This document shows positions 44,129-52,084 of a stretch of 64,000 nucleotides of DNA, piece by piece (position 1 is the stretch's first letter; each line of letters begins with the position of its first letter). The DNA is taken from assembly GCA_965223705.1 (NCBI GenBank), contig OZ245015.1, positions 3,584,001 through 3,648,000 of the forward strand, read 5' to 3'. The stretch is from Myxococcota bacterium (GTDB lineage: Bacteria > Myxococcota_A > UBA9160 > UBA6930). The position numbers and the translations under genes were made by a program. The notes under the pieces are model-generated. The model saw only the letters and a program-made list of their open reading frames with translations, made no database searches and was not told the DNA's origin.

Positions 44129-46405
44129 ATGCCGAAGAAGCGCGCGTGGGAGCGCCGCGATCCGGAGGCGCGGGCCGAGGCCCGCAACCACGCCCATCCG
44201 GTGCCGAGCCGGACGTACCTTCGGCGGTACCTGAACGAACGAGGCGCTCCCGTTCCGCTCGCCGCCCTCGTGGAGGCGTTCGCGCTGGATCGCCGGGAGG
44301 AGCGGGCCCTCAACGCCCGACTGAAGGCCATGGTTCGCGACGGCGAGATCCTCCCGAACCGCCGGAACGAGTACTGCCTGGTCGATCGCCTCGATCTTGT
44401 CACCGGCGCTGTGAGCGCGCATCGCGACGGCTTCGGCTTCGTCGTCCCCGACGAGGAGGGAGCCGACGACGTCTACCTCTCCCCGCGCGCCATGCGAGAG
44501 CTGATCCACGGAGACCGGGTGGCCGTCCGGATCCGGGGCCACGATCGACGAGGGCGTCCCGAAGGCTCACTCGTCGAGGTGCTCGAGCGCAACACCCGCT
44601 CGGTGGTCGGGAAGTACCGCCGGGAGCAGGGGGTCGGCTTCGTCGCCCCCGAGAACCCACGCATCCCGCATCGGATCGTGGTGCCCGCCGACGCGGCGGG
44701 CGGCGGGAGGCCGGGGCAGGTGGTGCTCGTCGAGCTCACGGCGCAGCCCACCCGCGAGACCCAGCCCATCGGGCGCATCGTCAAGGTTCTGGGCAAGCCG
44801 AGCGCGCCGGGCATCGAGATCGAGATCGCCATCCATTCCCATGGGCTGCCCACCGACTGGCCGGCAGCCGCCGAGAAGCAGGCCCGGCGGCTGGGGGCGG
44901 AGGTGCCGGCGGCGGCGAAGCGCGGGCGCGAGGATCTGCGACAGCTCCCATTGCTGACCATCGATGGCGCCGATGCCCGCGACTTCGACGACGCGGTCTT
45001 CTGCGAGCCGGCGGGGAAGGGCTGGCGGCTCTACGTGGCCATCGCCGACGTCGCGCACTACGTGGAGCGCGGGTCGCCGCTCGACGAGGAGGCCCGGAAC
45101 CGCGGGACATCGGTCTACTTCACGCGCCGAGTCCTCCCGATGCTGCCGGAGGCGCTCTCCAACGGGCTCTGCTCGCTCAACCCCCAGGTCGATCGCCTCT
45201 GCATGGTCTGCGAGATGCGGGTGGGACGCGACGGTCGGATCTCGCGGGCACGCTTCTTCGAAGCCGTCATGCGCTCCCAGGCGCGGCTCACGTATCAGGA
45301 GGTCGCCCGCATGCTCTTCGACGGCGACATCGAGCTCCGCCGGAGGTATGCCCGGCTGCTCCCCCACCTCGAAGACCTGAACGACGTGTTTCGCGCGCTC
45401 CTCGAACGGCGCCGCCGGCGCGGCGCCATCGACTTCGACATCCCCGAGGCGTACGTCGAGCTGGGCGAAGATCGCCGGATCGAGTCGATCAGCACCTACG
45501 AGCGCAACGATGCGCATCGCATGATCGAGGAGTGCATGATCGCAGCCAACGTCTCCGCGGCGCGCTTCCTCCACCGCCACGAGATCCCCGCGCTGTACCG
45601 CGTCCATGACGGGCCCGCATCGGACCGGCTCGAGGAGCTCAAACGCTTTCTCGCGACCTTCGGGGTCCCGTTTCCGAAAGCCAAGGATCTCCGCCCTCGG
45701 CATTTCGCCCGGGTGCTCGAACGCGTCAAGGACCGGCCCCACCGCACGTTGGTCGAGACGCTGCTGCTCCGCTCGATGGCGCGCGCCGCCTACCAGCCGG
45801 ACGACCTCGGGCACTTCGGACTCGCCCTCTCCCACTACGTCCACTTCACCTCCCCCATTCGGCGCTATCCCGATCTCCTCGTCCACCGCGCCATCAAGCA
45901 CGTGCTGTCGGGCGAGCCTCCGGGACGCTTCCCCTACTCACCCAAGGACATGGACGGGCTCGGCAAGCACTGCTCGATGACCGAGCGGCGGGCCGACGAC
46001 GCCACCCGGGACGCGATCGCATGGCTCAAGTGCGAATTCATGCGCGACAAGGTCGGCGAAGTGTTCGAGGGCGTGATCACGGGCGTGACGAGCTTCGGCG
46101 TCTTCGTCCAGCTCGAGGCCGTCTTCATCGAGGGATTGGTGCACGTGACGTCCCTCGAGAACGACTACTACGAGCTCGACGCTCCCAGGCACCGACTCGT
46201 CGGCGCCCGCACTCGCAAGACCTACCAGCTCGCTGCGCCGCTCCGCGTGCGGGTGGCGGCCGTGGATATGGAGCAGCGCCGGATCGACTTCGAACCGGTG
46301 CAGCCGAAGCCCCGATCGCGGCGGAGGCGGCGCCGAGCGAAGCCTGCGGACGCGAGCACTCCCGAGCGCCGCCGAACGCAGGCAGACGGAAAATCCCGGA
46401 TATAG
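44129..46405 (+). CDS. rnr: Ribonuclease R
   Basis: HRDGFGF, TIDGADARDFDDA, HFTSPIRRYPDL, S1 domain, basic tail; true start is ATG 44129. Confidence 0.93.
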   Translation: MPKKRAWERRDPEARAEARNHAHPVPSRTYLRRYLNERGAPVPLAALVEAFALDRREERALNARLKAMVRDGEILPNRRNEYCLVDRLDLVTGAVSAHRDGFGFVVPDEEGADDVYLSPRAMRELIHGDRVAVRIRGHDRRGRPEGSLVEVLERNTRSVVGKYRREQGVGFVAPENPRIPHRIVVPADAAGGGRPGQVVLVELTAQPTRETQPIGRIVKVLGKPSAPGIEIEIAIHSHGLPTDWPAAAEKQARRLGAEVPAAAKRGREDLRQLPLLTIDGADARDFDDAVFCEPAGKGWRLYVAIADVAHYVERGSPLDEEARNRGTSVYFTRRVLPMLPEALSNGLCSLNPQVDRLCMVCEMRVGRDGRISRARFFEAVMRSQARLTYQEVARMLFDGDIELRRRYARLLPHLEDLNDVFRALLERRRRRGAIDFDIPEAYVELGEDRRIESISTYERNDAHRMIEECMIAANVSAARFLHRHEIPALYRVHDGPASDRLEELKRFLATFGVPFPKAKDLRPRHFARVLERVKDRPHRTLVETLLLRSMARAAYQPDDLGHFGLALSHYVHFTSPIRRYPDLLVHRAIKHVLSGEPPGRFPYSPKDMDGLGKHCSMTERRADDATRDAIAWLKCEFMRDKVGEVFEGVITGVTSFGVFVQLEAVFIEGLVHVTSLENDYYELDAPRHRLVGARTRKTYQLAAPLRVRVAAVDMEQRRIDFEPVQPKPRSRRRRRRAKPADASTPERRRTQADGKSRI

Positions 46406-46652
46406 CGGCATCGCCGCACCTCAAGGATGAGGCCCTGGCTCCCTGAGGACCAATGGGCGACCGTCTTCACGGGCGAGAGAGTCCCTGCAAGCACCGAAAC
46501 GCCATCAGACCGCGGAGGGCAACTTCGTCTGTGGACTCTGCGGCGATCGCTGGCCGCGGGTCTGGCGCCATCAGCTACGCGGGGAGGTCCAGGAAACCCG
46601 GCGCCCGGGCGGCCTGCCGCCGGGCACAACTTCAACGTTTTCAGATAGTTAG

Positions 46653-46675
46653 TGGTGGAGGCGGCGGGAATCGAA
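46653..46675 (-). repeat. tmRNA-like 3'-end fragment (att site 5)
   Basis: TGGTGGAGGCGGCGGGAATCGAA. Confidence 0.85.
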
Positions 46676-46846
46676 ACAGCCGCTTCGAAGGGCGCCGCGG
46701 AAGAAGCCCTAGGCAATTGCTCCAACGCGAGCCGAGCAGGAGGAACCGATGTTGGCCCGATTAGTACGGCAATTGCCCCTCGGGCCACTGTCACCTGTCC
46801 CGAGTAAGCACTACCGTGTCGCCTCTTCAGTCTTGGTGTTGTCCGC

Positions 46847-47617
46847 ATGAATCTTCGCCAGATCCGAAACGCCACCCTGTTGCTTGAATACGCCGGCACG
46901 CGCTTCCTGGTTGATCCGTGGTTCGCTGGGAAGGGAAGCCAACCGGGCTTCCAAGGCACACTCAATAGTCATTTGAGGAACCCGACTGCCGAACTGGTAG
47001 TACCCGTCGCCGAACTCGTTGATATCGACGCCGTGGTTCTCACCCATGTCCACCCGGACCACTGGGATGAGGTCGCCGCGGATGCGCTGCGCAAAGACAT
47101 CCCCTTCTTCGTCCAGCACTTCGGCGACAGAGCGACCATTGAGGCTGCTGGGTTCACCAACGTTCATGCGCTAGTCGGCAACCCGACCTTCAACGGGGTC
47201 AAGCTCACACGAACACCCGGACAGCACGGATCCGACGGCTGCCTGCAGGCCGCCTACGACATCCTGGGCGAAGTCTGTGGTGTCCTGTTCCGTCACCCTG
47301 AGGAAAAGTCTCTCTACCTGGCCGGCGACACGGTTTACAACGACTATGTCGCCGCCAACCTCGCCGTTTATGTTCCGGATATCGTGGTGATGAATTGCTG
47401 CGACGCCCAGGTGATTGGGCTCGGTTCAATCATCATGAACACTGGTGACGTGAAATCCGTCTACGAAGCGGCGCCACAAGCCACACTGATCGCCAGCCAC
47501 ATGGAAGCGGTCAATCATGCGGCGCTCACTCGCGCCGAATTGCGGACGTTTGTTCAGGAAAATCACATGGAAGATCGCATCATCATTCCGGCCGATGGAG
47601 AGACTCTCAGACTCTGA
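46847..47617 (+). CDS. MBL-fold metallo-hydrolase
   Basis: QIRNAT, LVDP, THVHPDHWD, YLAGDT, HMEAVNH. Confidence 0.9.
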   Translation: MNLRQIRNATLLLEYAGTRFLVDPWFAGKGSQPGFQGTLNSHLRNPTAELVVPVAELVDIDAVVLTHVHPDHWDEVAADALRKDIPFFVQHFGDRATIEAAGFTNVHALVGNPTFNGVKLTRTPGQHGSDGCLQAAYDILGEVCGVLFRHPEEKSLYLAGDTVYNDYVAANLAVYVPDIVVMNCCDAQVIGLGSIIMNTGDVKSVYEAAPQATLIASHMEAVNHAALTRAELRTFVQENHMEDRIIIPADGETLRL

Positions 47618-47659
47618 TCCCGGAAGCGGTTTTCACACTTTCAACAAGGTCGGCCCGCC

Positions 47660-48070
47660 ATGACGACACCGGTGGAAAACAAGGTACTCGTGAAGCGCTT
47701 CTACGAGGCTATTGAGCAGAAAAACTTCGATGCGCTGGATGAAATGTGCCATGACGACTTCGTTTTCTACAACCAGATCGACACGCCGCATCCGGGGGTC
47801 GAAGGCCTGATTGCCGCGGAGAAGAGGAACTTCGATGCTTTTGAAAGCTTCCGCTTTCCCATCGAAACCCTGATTGCGGAGGGCGACAAGGTTGCGGCCT
47901 ACATGATCTTCGAGGGTCGCAATCAGATCGGTCCGTGCGTCGGCGCCAGCCCGAAGGGCAGCGACTGTCGCTTCTCGCTGCTCATGCTGCTGACCATCAA
48001 AGACGGAAAGATCGTCGAGAAGCGTGCCCACTTCGATACCGGCGACATCTATCGGCAGCTAACTGCCTAG
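47660..48070 (+). CDS. SnoaL-like/ester cyclase (NTF2 fold)
   Basis: ENKVLVKRFY, IAEGDKV, KDGKIVE. Confidence 0.85.
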   Translation: MTTPVENKVLVKRFYEAIEQKNFDALDEMCHDDFVFYNQIDTPHPGVEGLIAAEKRNFDAFESFRFPIETLIAEGDKVAAYMIFEGRNQIGPCVGASPKGSDCRFSLLMLLTIKDGKIVEKRAHFDTGDIYRQLTA

Positions 48071-48146
48071 GGCTCCGGCCGCGTAGAGAGAGCGCAGTGC
48101 GCTGCCCGCACAAGCTTTGCCATCTCGCGAACGTAAGGAGCTGCTC

Positions 48147-49787
48147 TTGAGCCAGCGGCGGGAATTAGCCCTCATCAATGCGGTCGTCCGCACCGTCGAT
48201 ACCGGGGACTCTGTCGCTCGGGCCGTGCTGATTCGCGACGGGCGTATCGCCGCGGTCGGCCCCGGACCTGTAGTCAGACGTACCGCCAGTCCCGATGCCG
48301 AAATCATCGACTTGGGCGGGGCGACGGTGGTTCCCGGCTTTATCGATGCACACAATCATTTAAGCATCGCCGCCTTTGCGCCAGAGTGCGTCGACTGTTC
48401 GACACCACCGAAATCCACGCTGGCAGAGGTCCTCGAAGCCATCGAACATCACTGCAAGAGCGCGCCCCCGGGTCAATGGGTCCGCGCGATGGGTTTCAAC
48501 CTGACGCATGTCCGGGAAATGCGAAATCCCACCCGCTTCGAGTTGGACGAGGTCGCTCCCGACAACCCCGTCTTTCTCATCGACGCGAGCTGCCACGCCG
48601 GGTTCGTCAACAGCACGGCGCTGGCCCGTGTGGGCATCGACGAGCACACGCCGGACCCGGCGGGTGGCGAAATCGAACGGGACAAAACGGGCGTCCCGAC
48701 CGGTTCCCTGTACGAGAACGCAGCGAATCCGCTGCACTCACACTCGTGGAACGAGTACGCGGAGCGTGACTGGGATCGTTCGGTCGAACTACTCCACTCG
48801 AAAATGCGGGAGTACCTGGCGGTTGGCATCACCTTCGTCGGCGACGCGATGGTGACGTCGAGATCCGCACAGCTCTACCGCCTGGCGGATCGTCAGGGCA
48901 AGCTGCCGTTCGGTGTCCAGATGCTGCACGCCGCGGACCATTTTTTCGATACCCACGATCTGCGCCGGTCGGACATCATCGACCGTATCAAGGAACCCGC
49001 CAGCGAGCGCCTGATTGGCGGGACGATGAAGATCTTCGTCGACCGGGCTTACCCATCGCCGGCCATCGACAAGATGCATCATGGCTGCTGTGCGCATACC
49101 GGCGCAGCTTTCTATCCGAAAGCGGAGGTTGGGCGCCTCGCGCAACGCGCAGTCGAACTCGACATCGCCACAGCGATCCACGGCATGGGCAATTGTGCGG
49201 TGAACACCGTCATGGATGCTTATAAGACAAGCCGGCGCGGGCGAAGCACCGATGCGGTCCTGAGACTGGAACACGCGTTCGTGGCCGAACCAGCGCAAGC
49301 GCTGCGGATGGCGGATCTCGGTATTGACCTCGTGGTCAACCCGGGGCTTGCCTGGCTATGGGGTGAAGTGTTCGACATGTGGCGGGGCGAGAATCAACAT
49401 CATCTGAAACTCTTTCCTACCAGGAGCATGATCGATGCCGGTGTGCGCGTCAGCCTCGGTTCCGATCATCCTTGCGGAAGTTTTTCGCCCGCTGAAATCA
49501 TATCGACGGCGGTGAACAGGGTTTCCTCTAAGGGCATGCACGTCGACCCCGAAGAAGCCATCACTGCAGCCGAAGCGCTGCGCGCGTATACGATCAACGC
49601 CGCCCACGCCTCGAACCGGGCAGACAAAGAAGGCAGTATCGAAGTTGGCAAGCGAGCCAACCTCGTCGTACTGGACCGCGACATCGTGACCTGTCCGACC
49701 GACGAGATCGGTGATACGCAGGTCACCATGACCTACGTCGACGGCGAATGTGCCTACGAATCAGCGGGGAGTGCGGGCGCCAGCTAG
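48147..49787 (+). CDS. Amidohydrolase (YtcJ-like)
   Basis: PGFIDAHNH, RLEHA, GSD, YTINAA, GSIEVGKRAN; TTG start after AAGGAG. Confidence 0.9.
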   Translation: MSQRRELALINAVVRTVDTGDSVARAVLIRDGRIAAVGPGPVVRRTASPDAEIIDLGGATVVPGFIDAHNHLSIAAFAPECVDCSTPPKSTLAEVLEAIEHHCKSAPPGQWVRAMGFNLTHVREMRNPTRFELDEVAPDNPVFLIDASCHAGFVNSTALARVGIDEHTPDPAGGEIERDKTGVPTGSLYENAANPLHSHSWNEYAERDWDRSVELLHSKMREYLAVGITFVGDAMVTSRSAQLYRLADRQGKLPFGVQMLHAADHFFDTHDLRRSDIIDRIKEPASERLIGGTMKIFVDRAYPSPAIDKMHHGCCAHTGAAFYPKAEVGRLAQRAVELDIATAIHGMGNCAVNTVMDAYKTSRRGRSTDAVLRLEHAFVAEPAQALRMADLGIDLVVNPGLAWLWGEVFDMWRGENQHHLKLFPTRSMIDAGVRVSLGSDHPCGSFSPAEIISTAVNRVSSKGMHVDPEEAITAAEALRAYTINAAHASNRADKEGSIEVGKRANLVVLDRDIVTCPTDEIGDTQVTMTYVDGECAYESAGSAGAS

Positions 49788-49817
49788 TTTCCTGTACATC
49801 GGTTCTCACATTGGCGA

Positions 49818-50804
49818 CTACGAAAGCGGAATCTTGATTGCAGCGAAGCCCTGCCGCCACGCGTTGGGCGACAGCCCCACGGAGCGACGGAAATGCTGCC
49901 GCATGGAGGCAGCGGAGCCGAATCCTGTTGCCTCGGCGATCTGCTCCACTGACAATTTGGAGCCCTCGAGGAGTTGTTGGGCCTGTGCGAGTCTTTCCGC
50001 GAGAAGCCAGCTCTGAACGGTGGTCCCGGTCAGCGCTTTGAAGTGCCGGGTGAAACTGCGGCGGCTCATACATGCCTCATCGGCCAGGGTATCGAGGCTG
50101 TGCGACTCGCCAACACGACCGCGCACCGACTCTATCAACCGAGCGATACGGTGGTCCTGATCTGCTTTCGGTAGTGGGTGCTCGATGAACTGGGCCTGTC
50201 CTCCTTCCCGGTGCGGAGCAATGACGAGACGCCGTGCTACACGGTTCGCGGTGGTCGCACCCAGACGTTGGCGTAAAACATGGAGGCAAGCGTCGAGACT
50301 CGCCGCTGTGCCGGCCGATGTCAGGATGTTGCCGTCTTCGAGATACAGTACGTTGGCATCGAACTCCACGTCCGGAAAACATGCAGCCATGTCCGAGACG
50401 TACTCCCAATGGGTCGTTGCTCTGCGACCATCGAGCAAGCCGGCTTCTGCAAGCACATGGGTTCCTAGGCACAGGCCGACGATCTGCGCTCCCGCTGCGT
50501 GTGCGTCGCGGAGCGCTTTGAGCAAGCGTGGAGGCGGTCGGTCTAGTGTGTGCCGCCACCCTGGGATGACAATTGCGTCGGCTGTTCTGACCACCGAGAG
50601 CGGAGCAAGATCAGTGAGCCCGAATCCAGCCGTCGTCTTGAGTGCCCCCGACTCGCCGGCGCAAACGACGACCTCAAAAGGGCTCTGCTCAAAGAACGCG
50701 TCGCCAAAAACGAGGCTCGGGACCGAGAGATGGAACGCGATAACGCGGTCGAATGCGACGACTGCGATTCGGATGCGCTGATCCTCCCATCGCACTTTAA
50801 GCAC
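49818..50804 (-). CDS. GlxA/FtrA family AraC regulator (DJ-1 domain plus HTH)
   Basis: LCLG, GRRATTHW, TSAG, REGGQAQF, HTH. Confidence 0.92.
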   Translation of the reverse strand: MLKVRWEDQRIRIAVVAFDRVIAFHLSVPSLVFGDAFFEQSPFEVVVCAGESGALKTTAGFGLTDLAPLSVVRTADAIVIPGWRHTLDRPPPRLLKALRDAHAAGAQIVGLCLGTHVLAEAGLLDGRRATTHWEYVSDMAACFPDVEFDANVLYLEDGNILTSAGTAASLDACLHVLRQRLGATTANRVARRLVIAPHREGGQAQFIEHPLPKADQDHRIARLIESVRGRVGESHSLDTLADEACMSRRSFTRHFKALTGTTVQSWLLAERLAQAQQLLEGSKLSVEQIAEATGFGSAASMRQHFRRSVGLSPNAWRQGFAAIKIPLS

Positions 50805-51225
50805 CTCTCTACGACTGGCCCGATGTTATCGGTAGTACCAATTCTGGCCAACATTACGACTGCCTTGGCACGTGCCCTACAGAGGTAGGGCGCTGCGACA
50901 CGCCCGCTTCCGAGTTCGATAAACCCAAAAAACCAGGGTACTAAGCGGTGGAGGGCAGGAACCGGACAACGATCCGCCCGCGACCGCAACGAGTCGAGGA
51001 GACTCGGAACCGTGATAACCCCGATCATCTCGTTCGCAGGAGGAGGACGCGCCACTGGCACACGATCTCCCAGTGGGACGGTGCTTCCTGAACTCGATCG
51101 CAGGCGTAGGAGTACCTGCACTTCTAGGCGCTCTTCTGCCCGCGGGGCCTGAGTGCTTCAGATCCCGGCCGATGGAGGACCGCTACGTACACGGGCCGAG
51201 AATCCCCGACCGAATTCACCCAGCT

Positions 51226-51386
51226 GTGAGTCCCGTGTGAGTCCCGGCCTTTTCCGAGCTTGAAAAACCCTATGAAACCGGAAAGAGATTGGTGGAGGCG
51301 GCGGGAATCGAACCCGTCGCTCAGAGACAAAAACCTAGTCTTTACGGACACTTACAGAGTCCGAGGCGTGAGTCCCGTGTGAGTCC
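51226..51386. mobile_element. attP-like site: tmRNA-like core (51290-51316) flanked by two 19-bp arm-type direct repeats
   Basis: GTGAGTCCCGTGTGAGTCC at 51226-51244 and 51368-51386 around TGGTGGAGGCGGCGGGAATCGAACCCG. Confidence 0.75.
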
Positions 51387-51540
51387 GTTCTGCGAGGCTC
51401 TTCTCATTGAGCCGCTAACGATGTTTGTTTGATGAAGCTCGCCGGAGGCAGTCGCTCGCCAGATTCGGGAAGCCACATCCATAAGACGCATGACATGCCA
51501 TTACGTGTGTGATTCAAATCCGAGGGCAGTCGGATCCACA

Positions 51541-51569
51541 TTGACAGACTCTCCGGGCCGATCGATCTT
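51541..51569 (+). promoter_or_regulatory. Candidate promoter for the repeat RNA and RT
   Basis: TTGACA-17 bp-GATCTT would place the start site at about 51576, at the edge of repeat 1. Confidence 0.55.
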
Positions 51570-51577
51570 CGGAGGGT

Positions 51578-51708
51578 ATCCTGGCTTTCGCGCTGTGCGG
51601 GTGCGGTCTCGGATCGCTCGCCGACACGGGTTGCGGAGGACACGGGGCGAAGAAGTCGCCCCACGGCTGGACCGGGCCCCACAAACAAAGGGGTACTCCC
51701 AGGGGATG
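51578..51708 (+). repeat. 131-bp direct repeat, copy 1
   Basis: 129/131 identical to 51928-52058. Confidence 0.95.
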
Positions 51709-51927
51709 CCATCCGGGCCTCGCTGTAGAAGCGACTGCAACCTGGGATCTGAAAGCCGACAACGGCTTCACCCCCCGCCGGGCGGTCGCGAGATTTCGTT
51801 TCCGGGTCCGGGTGGGGTGGCAAAGTGTCGGGCTGCAAGCGGTCTTGGAGGCCCCAGTGTCGCGACGAGCCACATGCAAAAACGTGCCAAGCCGACGTCC
51901 CAACTGGGCCGCCTGGCTTTGGCAACC

Positions 51928-52058
51928 ATCCTGGCTTTCGCGCTGTGCGGGTGCGGTCTAGCATCGCTCGCCGACACGGGTTGCGGAGGACACGGGGCGA
52001 AGAAGTCGCCCCACGGCTGGACCGGGCCCCACAAACAAAGGGGTACTCCCAGGGGATG
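51928..52058 (+). repeat. 131-bp direct repeat, copy 2
   Basis: 129/131 identical to copy 1; ends 26 bp before the RT start. Confidence 0.95.
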
Positions 52059-52084
52059 AGTCGAACCTGCGAGCGCGGACCCGG

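Larger units (their letters stand above)
51576..52084 (+). ncRNA. Putative structured RT-associated ncRNA (repeat-spacer-repeat)
   Basis: Promoter, self-closing repeats with internal hairpins, hairpin-rich 219-bp spacer, directly upstream of the RT. Confidence 0.6.

Noticed and set aside
43061..46405. 1114-aa ORF suggesting an RNase R fusion
   Set aside because: The first ~356 aa are Arg/Pro-rich off-frame read-through of the TIR and protease genes; RNase R begins at ATG 44129.
51578..52058. DGR template/variable repeat, retron msr-msd, or DRT2 locus
   Set aside because: The two mismatches (C/A, G/C) are not an adenine-specific pattern and there is no target gene or avd. The RT lacks the retron VTG motif and resembles group II-like RTs rather than DRT2.
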